From positions 1,519 to 65,518 of the IMG/VR virus record IMGVR_UViG_2675903041_000001: 64,000 nt of DNA, one strand, 5' to 3'. The position numbers and the translations under genes were made by a program. The notes below the pieces were generated by a model, which saw only the letters and a program-made list of their open reading frames with translations, ran no database searches and was not told the origin of the DNA. Origin of the DNA: a virus. Taxonomy: Duplodnaviria > Caudoviricetes. Positions within the stretch are counted from its first letter, which is position 1; the number at the start of each line of letters is the position of its first letter. This document shows positions 29,158 through 39,622 of the stretch, piece by piece.

Positions 29158-32100
29158 CGCATCACCGCCTTGGCCTGGTCGCGCCAGGCTGCGCTCCCGG
29201 CGATATCCTGATTGCTCTGGATAATCATTTCCGCATTCATGCGCTGCGATTCGACCGCGACATTGATCAAGGCGCTGGTCTGCTGGTTCTGCTCGCGCCT
29301 AAGCTCCGCCAGCTCGCGCCGTAGCTCGGCGATCTCTTGCGCCATGTCCCGCATATGGCTGGCTGGCGTGACCGCCTCCGCTGGGTGGAGCATCGCCAGC
29401 CCGCCCTTGTGCACGAAATCCGTGCCGCGCTCGAACATCGGCAGATTGTTTTGCCTGGCCCACTGCTCGATGTCCGCGTAGGGCAGGCCCGAAGCCGATG
29501 CAACCCGAGAAAGCGTGATGCCATATTCCTTGGCGGTATCGTAGATCAGGCGCGGATTGGCGATGTTCTGCCAGACGAAATCCTTGATCTGCTGATCCGA
29601 TATCGACAACCCGCCGCTGCCCTGGCTGATCACTGATTGATTGACAGCCAGCGCCCCGGACAGCTGCGAGCCCGAAACACCATGCTTGACCGCCGCGGCC
29701 AGAATCTCGTCGCTGGTGCGACCCGGCGCGCTGGCAAAATCCCGGATTGCCTGGTTGGATATGGCAGGATTGCCCGGCCCTTGCAACACCGCCGCGATCA
29801 GCTCGTTCATCAGCGATTTGACATCGCCCAGCTTGTCATCGATATCGACCAGCCTGCCGACCGATGCTTCCATTGCCAACAACTGCCGCTTGGCAATCTC
29901 CGCCTCGGTGTCGGCCACTTTTGCGGCGGAATCCAGCACGCTTTTAACGAAATTGAAATCGGCCACATATTCCGCCGACGACGCATTATATATTTGCGAG
30001 GCTTCCAGGAACGCTCGCGCCGATTCCGGCAACCGGCGCAGCGCATCCTGATCGCCCGCGTTCGCGCCCAGCCGGTCCTGGTTGAACTGACGGCGCGCTT
30101 CCTCCAATCTCTGCTGAGGCGTCAGGGGCGAAAGATTGCCCAGCGACAGCGCATCGCTGGCGCTGCGCAGGTTGGTGGCCAGATCCTTGAACCGGTTGGC
30201 AACCCCTTCCAGCGCCGCGCGCTCCCGGTTGTACGCCGCCACTAGCGCGGAACGGGTCGAAGCAATCAGGCTTTCGGCGGCAGCCAAATCATAGGTGGCG
30301 TCCGTCGTATCCTGCAACGCCGGATAGAGCGCAGCCAGGCCGTCTTTCACCTGCACGAACAACGGCGCCACATTCAGCATCCCTTGCAGCATGGCCTGAG
30401 AGATGCCGCCCGCCTGGCCGAACGACATCACCAGATCGCGGAACTGCCGCTTGCTCATCTCGGCGGACAAACCCAGCCTGGCCATTTCCTCATCCAACCG
30501 TTCGATGCTGGGCTGCAAGCGCTCCGCCTCGGTCAGAAAATTATCCGAGAAGAACTGCGCCTTGATTGCCAGCGCATCGATGCCGCCGGCTGCATCGACA
30601 AATGCCGACCGTTGTTCGAACGACACGCTGCGCAGGAAAGCTTTGGTCCCGTTCAGGCTGTTGCCCAGCGCCGCACCGAGACCGGCCAGCACATTGAACT
30701 CAGCGTTCAGCCGTGTCACCGTCTGCAATGCCGACTCGCCACGGCGGCTGAATGCATCCAGGCCCGGCACCAGTGAGCGCGCCATGGCATCCGATATGCG
30801 CTGAATCTCCTCGCCGATCTGCTGCTCGGTCAGGAACTGGCCGTTTTCCGAAACCAGGCGAATCTGGGTCTGGAACGCATTCAGTGTATCCGTGCTCAGG
30901 CCCAGATCCTCGCCCATCCGGTTGAGGCTGCTGCCAACTGAATTGACGGTCTCATCGATCAACCCGATCACATCCCTGGAAACCCGCGCCAGATCGGCGG
31001 CATAGTCCAACAGCTTCTTGTTGTCGGTACTGATCTCGCCGGTCAGCGCATCGACACGCGCGAAATCGTTTTTGTTTGAGCGGAACAATCCCCCTTTGGC
31101 CCTGAAAGCGGTCGTGATGTCACCCGATTCGAACCCTTGCGCACCGATCGTGCCCTCAAGCGTGGTCGCGCGCTGCTTGAGCGGACCTCTGCCAAACATG
31201 GCATTGACCGCGCCCCCCAGCACTCCGCCAACCGCTGCGCCGACAGGCCCGGCAATGGCTGCGCCAATCGCCGCGCCCCCTGCGGATGATATCGTCCCGT
31301 TAATACCCGCTATCTGCTTGTCACCGGCCAGCATGGACCCAGCCATCACGCCAAATGCCCCCGCGCCCAGCGTGCTCGCTGCGCTTGAAAACGCCGACCC
31401 GGCAGATGTCATGAAAGGCATCCCGGAGCCGCCCATTTTGGCCGACAATCCCAGAGATTGCCCAATCCCGCTGGTTGCAAAACTGCTGGCCAGGCTGCCG
31501 GCACCGAACCCGCCATTCAGCAGGCTATATGCGGAAGAACCCAAACTGGCCATGTCCAGCAGGCTGCCGCCCCCCGCAAAAGCGGAACTGGATCCCAGCC
31601 CCAACATGCTCCCCAACCCCAGCGAGCGCGCGAATTTCATAGCCGCGATTTCCGCGACCATCTGCCGTACCGCGTTGCCCAGACCCGTCACCAGTCCTTT
31701 GAGTCCATTGCTAAAGGGATCGAAAAAGAACCGGGAGAAGGCCGTCTGGATATTGCGCGCGCCCTGAATGGCATACTGCTCGATCGCGCTGAAGGCACGC
31801 TGACCTGTCTGGCTGGTTTGCAGAAACTGGGCCTCGGCATCCTTCAGCGCCCGGTTGTAGGTTTCCTGTCCCAGACCCTTCGCCAGCAAGCCATCCAGCT
31901 CCCGCACCCGGGCGGCGTATTTTTCCTGACCGGTCATCACGCTCTGGGTCACTTGCTCGATCTTGCGCTGCGCGGCTTCATGCGCCCGGACCGCCTCGGT
32001 CTGCTCGGCCAGCGCTCGGGTTTTTTCTTCCAGGGCGTCGATCTCCGGCCCGGCCAATTCCAACACGCCCAGCCGGGCGGCTTCCATGCGACGGATCTCA

Positions 32101-33341
32101 ATGCTGTTGAGACCGAGCTGCTCCACCTCGCGCTTGAGCGCCGCCAGGAAACGCTGGCTCTCCGTGACCTGGCTCTTGGTCGCCTTGGTCATGGCCTCCT
32201 GGCTGTCGATCAGCGGTTTTCTGGCCGGGATCAACGCATTAGAGGATGCCTTCAGCTCCGCCTGGGTGCGGATCAGCTGCGCGAGTTCCCGGTTCAGCTC
32301 GCGCAGCTTGGCTTTCTCAAAATCTATTTCCTGCTGCGACACCACAAAACCAAACCGGCCAGCGCGACGCTTTTCCAGCTCCCTGAGGTTTTCCTCGGTT
32401 TTGATGATCTCGGTGCGCACTGCTTGAACACCGCCCAATGCCTGGGCGCCGGACATCCTGCGCAGCGATTCGGTCAGCCAGTCCACCGTTTCGGCCAGCT
32501 TGGTGAACACCCAGCCCGCTTTGTCGCCCACGCCCATGGCATCGTTCAGCGCCAGCTTCAGTTCCTGCCACGCCTGGCCAAGCGTGTCCACAGCTCCCGC
32601 GTAGCCCATCGCCTCGGCCTTCGCCACGCCGCCATACTGCCTGGACAGTTCGTCCAGGATCATCGCCTGGGCATCGGCCAGCTGGTTGGTTTCGACCAGC
32701 GTCTTGATCATCTCGCGCTGCGCATCGGTAAATGACACCCCAGAGCGGCGCAAGGCATTGATGCCTTCCACCGGCGATTCCAGCGCCTTGCCCAGTTGCG
32801 TCATGGCGCCGGTCAGCCCCTGGCCGGTCACGGTCGCAAGATCGGCCGCCAGTTCGGTCGCGCGCGTGAAGGTATCGCCAGAAACCGAGCGGAACGTCAG
32901 CAGGATTTGCTGCGCCTGCTCCACGCCCTCGGTCGATTGCAAGGTTGCACGCGCCAACTCTTTCGCCTGGTTGCGCAACTGTTCGGCAGTGAAGCCGGCC
33001 GTTTGCCCGGTCGCCTTGATGATCGCTTCCGTGCGCAGCAGGTTGCGCTGGGCCGTATCCGATTCCTGAATCATGCCTCTGAATAACTGCATGCCAGCCA
33101 AGGCAATGCCGGAAGCGCCCAGCAAGGACAGGGCGCGCGCGGCACTTCCCAGCCCGCTGGTCAGGCTGCTCAGGTTTCTGACATAGCCGCTGGTCTGGCT
33201 GGCGGATTGCTCCATCTCCCGGCCGGTCTTGCGGGTTTCATCTCCCAGCCCCTTAACGGCCTCTTTCGCGCTCCGGGCTTCTCCGACCAAGCCCTTGCCG
33301 TCTGCTGTCAGCTTGACGCCGACTTCCAAATCATTGGCCAT
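29154..33341 (-). CDS. Tail tape measure protein
   Basis: 1395 aa, Ala/Gly-rich, helical, LGKALESP motif, downstream of the chaperones. Confidence 0.9.
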   Translation of the reverse strand: MANDLEVGVKLTADGKGLVGEARSAKEAVKGLGDETRKTGREMEQSASQTSGYVRNLSSLTSGLGSAARALSLLGASGIALAGMQLFRGMIQESDTAQRNLLRTEAIIKATGQTAGFTAEQLRNQAKELARATLQSTEGVEQAQQILLTFRSVSGDTFTRATELAADLATVTGQGLTGAMTQLGKALESPVEGINALRRSGVSFTDAQREMIKTLVETNQLADAQAMILDELSRQYGGVAKAEAMGYAGAVDTLGQAWQELKLALNDAMGVGDKAGWVFTKLAETVDWLTESLRRMSGAQALGGVQAVRTEIIKTEENLRELEKRRAGRFGFVVSQQEIDFEKAKLRELNRELAQLIRTQAELKASSNALIPARKPLIDSQEAMTKATKSQVTESQRFLAALKREVEQLGLNSIEIRRMEAARLGVLELAGPEIDALEEKTRALAEQTEAVRAHEAAQRKIEQVTQSVMTGQEKYAARVRELDGLLAKGLGQETYNRALKDAEAQFLQTSQTGQRAFSAIEQYAIQGARNIQTAFSRFFFDPFSNGLKGLVTGLGNAVRQMVAEIAAMKFARSLGLGSMLGLGSSSAFAGGGSLLDMASLGSSAYSLLNGGFGAGSLASSFATSGIGQSLGLSAKMGGSGMPFMTSAGSAFSSAASTLGAGAFGVMAGSMLAGDKQIAGINGTISSAGGAAIGAAIAGPVGAAVGGVLGGAVNAMFGRGPLKQRATTLEGTIGAQGFESGDITTAFRAKGGLFRSNKNDFARVDALTGEISTDNKKLLDYAADLARVSRDVIGLIDETVNSVGSSLNRMGEDLGLSTDTLNAFQTQIRLVSENGQFLTEQQIGEEIQRISDAMARSLVPGLDAFSRRGESALQTVTRLNAEFNVLAGLGAALGNSLNGTKAFLRSVSFEQRSAFVDAAGGIDALAIKAQFFSDNFLTEAERLQPSIERLDEEMARLGLSAEMSKRQFRDLVMSFGQAGGISQAMLQGMLNVAPLFVQVKDGLAALYPALQDTTDATYDLAAAESLIASTRSALVAAYNRERAALEGVANRFKDLATNLRSASDALSLGNLSPLTPQQRLEEARRQFNQDRLGANAGDQDALRRLPESARAFLEASQIYNASSAEYVADFNFVKSVLDSAAKVADTEAEIAKRQLLAMEASVGRLVDIDDKLGDVKSLMNELIAAVLQGPGNPAISNQAIRDFASAPGRTSDEILAAAVKHGVSGSQLSGALAVNQSVISQGSGGLSISDQQIKDFVWQNIANPRLIYDTAKEYGITLSRVASASGLPYADIEQWARQNNLPMFERGTDFVHKGGLAMLHPAEAVTPASHMRDMAQEIAELRRELAELRREQNQQTSALINVAVESQRMNAEMIIQSNQDIAGSAAWRDQAKAVMR

Positions 33342-33342
33342 A

Positions 33343-33708
33343 TTATTTCCGGTTCAGCACGGGCAACGCCGCGTCCTCCATCAACATGATTTGCTCGAAA
33401 ATCTCCCGCCGCAGCCGTCGCTTGACGCCCATCAGCCGCAAGGTGCTCTCGATGGCCGGGCGCTCGATGCCCAGGTACTGCCCGGACATGGAATCCATCC
33501 GCCAACAGTGGCGCAATGCCAGAAACATCCGCAACGCCTGCTCATTCTCTGGCCAGACTGCAAAGCCGTCATGTTCCGCCTCTTCGAATTGCGCTTCGTG
33601 TGTTGCCAGCGCCTGTTGCCAGTCTTCCGGATCCTGCGCCCGCGCATCCACCACTTCGGCGCGGACAGGCCGGGCCGCCCAGTGCCGGGCGGCATCCATC
33701 AGTTTTTT
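33343..33708 (-). CDS. Tail assembly chaperone T segment (DUF1799-like), probably expressed by -1 frameshift
   Basis: VWPENEQA...FLAL...WR...GI; in the -1 frame at slippery site A AAA AAC. Confidence 0.75.
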   Translation of the reverse strand, partial: KKLMDAARHWAARPVRAEVVDARAQDPEDWQQALATHEAQFEEAEHDGFAVWPENEQALRMFLALRHCWRMDSMSGQYLGIERPAIESTLRLMGVKRRLRREIFEQIMLMEDAALPVLNRK

Positions 33709-34037
33709 CTTGCGGCTGCCTTGCCAAAACTGCAATCCAGATAGGCGCTGACCAAGGCCGTGCGCACATAGGGAATCCCGATCAGCAATTCACGCCGTTC
33801 CTCGCTGTAGTCGAATGGATCGCCGTCCGGATCGGCCACGCCTTGCCAGCCAACCAGTACCCGGCGCAGCAAATCTTCGTCATTGCCGCCATCTTGCTGA
33901 TAAATGGCCGTGAATTCATTCTGCGGCAGCAACTCGAACTCGGCATCAAACGTGCTGCGTGTGATGCGCCCGCCATCTCTGGGAATGCTGACCGGAACCG
34001 GCCAGATAACTGTTTTCTGTTGCTCGATCTTGAACAT
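33699..34037 (-). CDS. Tail assembly chaperone G
   Basis: Between tail tube and tape measure; LVGWQGV; ends RKN at the slippery site. Confidence 0.8.
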   Translation of the reverse strand: MFKIEQQKTVIWPVPVSIPRDGGRITRSTFDAEFELLPQNEFTAIYQQDGGNDEDLLRRVLVGWQGVADPDGDPFDYSEERRELLIGIPYVRTALVSAYLDCSFGKAAARKN

Positions 34038-34067
34038 GCTTGTTGCCTCTTGTCTCGTGGGTGGGGG

Positions 34068-35000
34068 TTATTCGGTCGCCAGCGACCATTCGTCATCGCC
34101 CGCGTCGGTATGGCGCAGGTTCATATCCATGCTGAGCATGGCCATATTCGAATCTTCCGAGTAGCGCGGATTGGTCAGCTGCACCTGGCCGGCATTGAAC
34201 AGCACCTTGTTGCCCGCCTGGGTGCCATGCTCCAGCGCAATCACGCCCGTGTCGCCAGACCGGCAGATGCCGATGAAATCCTTGACCGCGACCAGCGGCA
34301 GCTCGATCGTCACTTGGCCTGATGACGAACGCCCGACATAGTGCATCGACTCCGAATTCGGCCGGTTCTTGTATTCGTTCTGGTTGCCTTGGGTGATCAC
34401 CATCGACGCCAGCGGCGCGGCATAGCCATGAATGGTGAATGTCGTATTGGCCTTGGTCATGGCGCGCGCGGGCTGGAACGCCGACAGATCCGGCGCACCC
34501 ACGCTGGCATCGGTCACTCCGCCATACAACCCTTCGAAGGTGCAGTGCAGGAGCGGCACCTGCCCTTCGTTGAAGCGCAACTCCCAGCTGCCGAACGCGC
34601 CCAGCATCTTGTGCATCAGGCCATCCCAGTTGTAATGGAAGGTCAGCGACTCTTCGCCGCCCGAGATCGGCAAATATGTCACCGGCCCGGTCGTGGGCGT
34701 GATCGTCTGCGAGGCCGCGCAACCGCGCAGAATCGGCCCGTAGCCTGGCACATCAGCCACCGCGCCAGCGCCAGAGAGTTCGATATCGAACTCCATGGTC
34801 ATGGTCTCGCCGACATTGATCTGTCCCCGGTTGCCGAAGTAAGGCAGCGCCTGGTTGCGATCGATATAGCGGATATTGGCCGGCACGGCGCTGAAGTTGA
34901 GCACCGACATGGCATCCGTCCCCACCACGGGCGCGGCATCGGTGCCGTAAGTGGTTTCGACTTTCGCCAGGATGATTTTCTTATTCGCTTTCAAGCTCAT
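34068..35000 (-). CDS. Major tail tube protein
   Basis: ILAKVETTYGTDA N-terminus; upstream of the chaperones; no sheath gene present. Confidence 0.8.
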   Translation of the reverse strand: MSLKANKKIILAKVETTYGTDAAPVVGTDAMSVLNFSAVPANIRYIDRNQALPYFGNRGQINVGETMTMEFDIELSGAGAVADVPGYGPILRGCAASQTITPTTGPVTYLPISGGEESLTFHYNWDGLMHKMLGAFGSWELRFNEGQVPLLHCTFEGLYGGVTDASVGAPDLSAFQPARAMTKANTTFTIHGYAAPLASMVITQGNQNEYKNRPNSESMHYVGRSSSGQVTIELPLVAVKDFIGICRSGDTGVIALEHGTQAGNKVLFNAGQVQLTNPRYSEDSNMAMLSMDMNLRHTDAGDDEWSLATE

Positions 35001-35173
35001 TGCGCATCCCCTCCTGTGTTCGTATTCATGCTGGCCTCATCCCATTGCGGTACCGGTGCCTCGTTCTGGGCTGGGGCCGGATTCCGCCGCAGGCCATCGT
35101 GCGGCCGCCGCTGGCCCGTCTCGGGATCGACGATATACGCCCCGCCGCGCCCCTTGTATGCATCGTTAAACAT
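34997..35173 (-). CDS. Small hypothetical protein (58 aa), below the ORF-track cutoff
   Basis: RBS AAGGAG, MFNDAYKGRGGAYIVDPETGQRRP..., stop overlaps the tube ATG. Confidence 0.6.
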   Translation of the reverse strand: MFNDAYKGRGGAYIVDPETGQRRPHDGLRRNPAPAQNEAPVPQWDEASMNTNTGGDAQ

Positions 35174-35174
35174 C

Positions 35175-35612
35175 TCAGCTCCTTATAAAATGCGCCGTTA
35201 AAAAATCATCCTGCCACCACAGCACCTGGTCAGTCAGTTGCAGCAACCGGCCTCCCGCGTATTCGATCGGGTCGAAATCCTGATCCGGCTGCCAACCATG
35301 CAGCACGGCCATGATTTCTTCGCGCAGACACAACAGATCCGACTGCGCGCGTTCTCCCCTGGCATCGCGCAAATTGCGCACCGCCAGGACGACCGAAAAC
35401 CGGGCCGTGTTCTGCTGAGAAACCACCATGGTCCCAGTGCGCGACCCGTCCGGGCGCTCGGCACTGGGCAGCACATAGGCCGATGGGAATTGCTTGATGT
35501 CGTAGGCGGCCTCGGCCAATCCGGCCGCCCCGGCGCAGCGGGCCAGCAGCGGCACATGCACAGAGAGCCGCGCAATGATCCATTCCGGGTTGAACAGCTT
35601 GATCGCCATCAC
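35175..35612 (-). CDS. Tail terminator / completion protein (Mu gp37-like)
   Basis: PSAYV, LHGWQP, LWWQDDF; position upstream of the tube. Confidence 0.7.
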   Translation of the reverse strand: MMAIKLFNPEWIIARLSVHVPLLARCAGAAGLAEAAYDIKQFPSAYVLPSAERPDGSRTGTMVVSQQNTARFSVVLAVRNLRDARGERAQSDLLCLREEIMAVLHGWQPDQDFDPIEYAGGRLLQLTDQVLWWQDDFLTAHFIRS

Positions 35613-35914
35613 TGCACCCGCACCGGCAAAATGGCCGACAGCGCATAGCGCTCGTGCCCGACCAGGACTTCTACACGCATCTTGTAGAACACGCCATCCA
35701 GCCCGCCTTGCACCAGCTGCAACACCCTGGATCCGTCAATGACCGGATCGAGCAGCAGCATGGCCTGCGGGCTGTCGTCCTCGCCCTTGTGGCTCTGCAC
35801 CGATACATCGGCAACCGCATCGATCCGATCCATCAAGCGGCTGAAATCGAACGTCAGCGTGATAATCTCCGCCGGGTCCTTGTCGGAAAGCACGCGCAGT
35901 CTAGGCAGCGACAC
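35609..35914 (-). CDS. Putative fibre adaptor protein
   Basis: KDPAEIITLTFDFS motif seen in small phage adaptor proteins; follows the large fibre gene. Confidence 0.5.
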   Translation of the reverse strand: MSLPRLRVLSDKDPAEIITLTFDFSRLMDRIDAVADVSVQSHKGEDDSPQAMLLLDPVIDGSRVLQLVQGGLDGVFYKMRVEVLVGHERYALSAILPVRVQ

Positions 35915-38900
35915 AATAATTCCTTCTGGTAGCGGTTACAGTGTAACGAGGGCTTTGCGGCACCGAGCGGGGCGCGCCGTCGAGGTTGGCCGTTGCGGCA
36001 ATCGACGCCACAGCCTCCGACTCGAACCAAATCGCGCTCGACAGCCCGGCCTCGGCCAGCCAGCCGCTTGCCGCCTCGCCACGCAAACCCGGCCTCAGTG
36101 AAAGATCGCCTGCCGAGACGGCGCGCATCGATGCGATTGCGGCCAGATGGTTGCGAGCCGACAACGCACCGGTTGCGGAAAAATCGGCCTGCGCTGCGCC
36201 CTCCAGCCATGAATCGCCAGCGGCAAAAGCTGCGGCCGCATCGGTCCTCACGCCAGCCGCCGCATGCAGATCGACCCAAGTGGAAAGATCCGCCACGCTT
36301 AACAAGCGCGTGCCAGCGCTGCCAGCAAACTCGGAGGGCTGCGTGATCGCCGCCTGCGCAAACACCCGCATGGGCGCATCACTTTGCAAACTGAGCAGGG
36401 CATTGAGCGCAGCGACCGCATTTGCGCCCACATGGGCAGCGCTGTGAAATTGAGAATGGGCCGCCAAATCTGCCTGCGCGGCAAAACCTGAACGCGCCTG
36501 GCCGAACAGACCCTCACCGAGATTGATAGCCGCCTGCGCGCTGCTTGCCAGCGCCGCCTGGCCTGACAGCGTGACCCCGGTCAACAGATCGGCCAAAGAC
36601 TGTGCGTGCGACCCGGCCCAGCCAGACAAATTGACATCCACCGCCAGGCCCGCCCAGGCTGACGAATGCTGCACCCCTGCGCCCGATAGCGATAGATGCG
36701 TCGTCAGCGCGCTGGCCTGGTCATGCCGGGTGAAAGACTCGGCATGTAAATGCGTCGCCGTAGTCAGCTCAGACTGGCTCGCCGTTTTCTGAGTCGCCGT
36801 ACCTGAGAAACTGGCCGGCACAGCCAGTGCCGCCAGCGCGACGGATGAAGCCAATGCAACCGCCCCAAGCAGGAGGCTACCGTGCAATACTGAAGATACA
36901 GTGACTTGGGTATTGGATTGGGCATCCAGTTCTATGGGTTCGGGTAACGGCGGTGCGACCCAATCAGCGGGTTTGTAAACCCAAACCTCACCGTCATTGT
37001 TATCCTCCAATCCCATGAACACATCATAGCCGGGTATATATCGCCACTTGCCGAATATGCCGGTAGTGTTCTTGTGTTGCGGCACTGCCGGAGAAGTATC
37101 CGTTATTTCCTGTTCAGCTACCCAACCCGTGGAAGCTAAAGGGGTAGGCGGTGTGAAGCGCCAGACTGCTTCGCCACCAAACCACATGACGAAATTACCG
37201 CGTACAGGATCGTAATCCAGCCCGATCTTATTAATTGTGGCGTCTGGATTGCCAACAATATAATCCAGATACCAATCACGGAAATCGGCCATGGATCCGG
37301 CAGCGGTACTGACGGACACGCTCTGATTGTCAACCTGAGAACCGGTTAATGACCAGTACACCAGCGGGGTAGTGCTATCACCCCCGTTTCTTGCAAATAC
37401 TTTTCTTACCGGATCATATGCCCCTGCTGATTGCGGACTACCGCTCCAGTAAATACCGACACGCCCGATCTTGTCTTTTGTTGGGTCGTTAATATCATTG
37501 ATCTGCATCCTGAATAGATGCTGATCTGTCGTTGTCCCCAGTCGCGCCCCAAAATAAATAACGTCTTTGCCAAACTCGTCGGCACGAGCGGTCACGCCGT
37601 TGACGTGCACGAGTTGCAGCGTGGAGGCATTGGCCCACCAGTCACGGTTGCCCCACATCTCGCCGCCAACGATCTCGGGATATGCGCCCTCGCGCTGAAC
37701 ATGCGATCCTGTAGTACCACCTACCTTGTCAGGGTCGGCCTTGCCTGGATCGAACAGATACGGGCCTGTCCTACGAGTAGTTAGTGGATCGCCATCACGT
37801 GCAACAAAATGACTGCCGGAGTTGTAGACAGCGCCGCCGAACGCCAGGAAACGATCCAGCCGAGGCAAGAACGTGTTATTGCTGTACGTATGCGCGGAGG
37901 CTGGGGCGTTTTGCGCTCCGTCAATGGCCTGATAAGCCGCTGAAGAATCCGGAACCAACTCTATTTCGCTGGGCAATGAGCACCGCTCCCATTCCAACGT
38001 ACTTGCCCGCCAGCGATAAACATCATTCCCGGAATAGTTCGCATGGCCGCCGCCGTAGATGATCAAGTCGCCCCGGTTGCTGTCCCATGCGAAACCGCTC
38101 CACGCCTCGATTATCTTGGATGGCGTTGGATTACCTGCCCCGTACAGTGGTCGTAATTCTGCCGGCGCCCAAGCAGCAGAAAAGCTGTTAGTGTTGACCT
38201 TGGCCCAGGTCTTTTCTGGCATGGCCGCAACCAGCGGCCTAAGTGGGCCGCTCGCATAAGGCACTGGTGGGTCTGTAATGACCAGGCCACTGGTAGTATA
38301 TGGCAGCGGGTCGTCAAGGTCTGCGCCATAGCCTGTGCCGTTACGGGTCGCTATATGCCCAGCATATTGCCCGATGATCTCCGCGTCTGCTGTTGCAAAA
38401 TCCCACAACTCAACGATACTGGACCCGTGTTCACCGGTCAGGGACTCGCCCTGCACGATGGCCATCAACTCGTCACGGGTGAGCCCCTTGTTAAGCAGTG
38501 CCAGCCAGGACACGCCGCCAGACCAGAATCGTTCTGTGTCAAAATCCGCTCTGCCGCCGATGATGATGTCACCGCCGTTTGATGCGGACGACTGGGTAAA
38601 CGATCCTCCAATCGCGTGGACTAGCGTATCGAGGGCAATAGTTCCAACTCTCACCGTGCCATCAACATTACTGGTGTACAGCAGTCGTTTGCCGGTGGTG
38701 GGTATGCCTGTCGCCCCAGTGGCGGAACTTTGCCCGTTTACGTTTACCTGCGCGGTTGAGCCGTTGCTGCCTCGATATAGATTGATCGTATTGGCCGCGG
38801 CGAACTGGCCAGTACTTAGGACATAACTGGGGTTTGCCAGAGTCTGATCGACTGCCTCCACAACCTCGATCCACGTCCAGCCAGACGTTGGCAGAGTAAA

Positions 38901-38960
38901 ATCCGCGTGACCCGGTACGCGGTAGTACCTGCTGGTGTTGGCGCCGAAGTTAACAGCCAT
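35901..38960 (-). CDS. Large modular virion fibre protein (lectin-like N-terminus, beta-propeller-like core, Ala-rich repeats)
   Basis: LamG-like N-terminus (IIIGGR...FWSGGVSWLALLNKGLT), YGGGHANY/FGGA kelch-like motifs, repetitive C-terminus. Confidence 0.6.
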   Translation of the reverse strand: MAVNFGANTSRYYRVPGHADFTLPTSGWTWIEVVEAVDQTLANPSYVLSTGQFAAANTINLYRGSNGSTAQVNVNGQSSATGATGIPTTGKRLLYTSNVDGTVRVGTIALDTLVHAIGGSFTQSSASNGGDIIIGGRADFDTERFWSGGVSWLALLNKGLTRDELMAIVQGESLTGEHGSSIVELWDFATADAEIIGQYAGHIATRNGTGYGADLDDPLPYTTSGLVITDPPVPYASGPLRPLVAAMPEKTWAKVNTNSFSAAWAPAELRPLYGAGNPTPSKIIEAWSGFAWDSNRGDLIIYGGGHANYSGNDVYRWRASTLEWERCSLPSEIELVPDSSAAYQAIDGAQNAPASAHTYSNNTFLPRLDRFLAFGGAVYNSGSHFVARDGDPLTTRRTGPYLFDPGKADPDKVGGTTGSHVQREGAYPEIVGGEMWGNRDWWANASTLQLVHVNGVTARADEFGKDVIYFGARLGTTTDQHLFRMQINDINDPTKDKIGRVGIYWSGSPQSAGAYDPVRKVFARNGGDSTTPLVYWSLTGSQVDNQSVSVSTAAGSMADFRDWYLDYIVGNPDATINKIGLDYDPVRGNFVMWFGGEAVWRFTPPTPLASTGWVAEQEITDTSPAVPQHKNTTGIFGKWRYIPGYDVFMGLEDNNDGEVWVYKPADWVAPPLPEPIELDAQSNTQVTVSSVLHGSLLLGAVALASSVALAALAVPASFSGTATQKTASQSELTTATHLHAESFTRHDQASALTTHLSLSGAGVQHSSAWAGLAVDVNLSGWAGSHAQSLADLLTGVTLSGQAALASSAQAAINLGEGLFGQARSGFAAQADLAAHSQFHSAAHVGANAVAALNALLSLQSDAPMRVFAQAAITQPSEFAGSAGTRLLSVADLSTWVDLHAAAGVRTDAAAAFAAGDSWLEGAAQADFSATGALSARNHLAAIASMRAVSAGDLSLRPGLRGEAASGWLAEAGLSSAIWFESEAVASIAATANLDGAPRSVPQSPRYTVTATRRNYCVAA

Positions 38961-38992
38961 GGGGTTATATCCCTCGCCCTTTAACGCGTCTG

Positions 38993-39622
38993 TCAGTCAA
39001 TGCTGAAAGCCATGCTGGCAGGCAGAAACGATGGCGCGCCATCGCCGTTGTTGATGGTCTTCGGTTGTGTGAGCATGCCCCAGTCCCAGGCATTGCCGCT
39101 GGACGCCGCGTCATATGTCAACCAGGCCGCCACCACCCCCCAGTTTGCAATCGGAGCGGGAAAATCGATGGCGACATTGTTGCTGGTCGTGCCGCTGGTG
39201 CCGGTTGAAGCGGTTTCCGTGCCGGGTCCCTGGGTGCCGCTGAAGTTGACCAGGCTGGCTGCGATGCTGGCGCGGGTGTAGTCGCCACCGGACACTTCCG
39301 GCAGATTGGCGGCCGCTTCGAAATCGGGGTACATCTCGGTCCAGACGGCAGTGCCGTCATTGACGGTGCCGCCCTGGGTCGTCGTCCAGCTGGGTTCACT
39401 GCCGCCGGTCGTGCCCGCTGTCGTGCAGCGGTACATATGCCCGTTGGGCGTGGCCGGAATGATGGTGTCGCCCAGGGAAACCGCCGTATTGCGGGCATCG
39501 TTCGAATAGCCGCGCGTAGCCAGGATCAGCGCTATGTGATAGGTGGCTGGCGGCGTCAATGGCTGTCCCCGGTAAAGAAAATCCTGCAACTTGTTTTCTT
39601 TGTAATTGGTGGCTGCGGTCAT
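38993..39622 (-). CDS. Virion fibre subunit with inserted carbohydrate-binding-like module
   Basis: NYKENKLQD...YTRASI...FPAPIANWG scaffold with insert GHMYRCTTAGTTGGSEPSW...DGTAVW. Confidence 0.6.
   Translation of the reverse strand: MTAATNYKENKLQDFLYRGQPLTPPATYHIALILATRGYSNDARNTAVSLGDTIIPATPNGHMYRCTTAGTTGGSEPSWTTTQGGTVNDGTAVWTEMYPDFEAAANLPEVSGGDYTRASIAASLVNFSGTQGPGTETASTGTSGTTSNNVAIDFPAPIANWGVVAAWLTYDAASSGNAWDWGMLTQPKTINNGDGAPSFLPASMAFSID

Noticed and set aside
26027-38960. Diversity-generating retroelement or invertible fibre cassette
   Set aside because: No reverse transcriptase, invertase, or duplicated template region seen.
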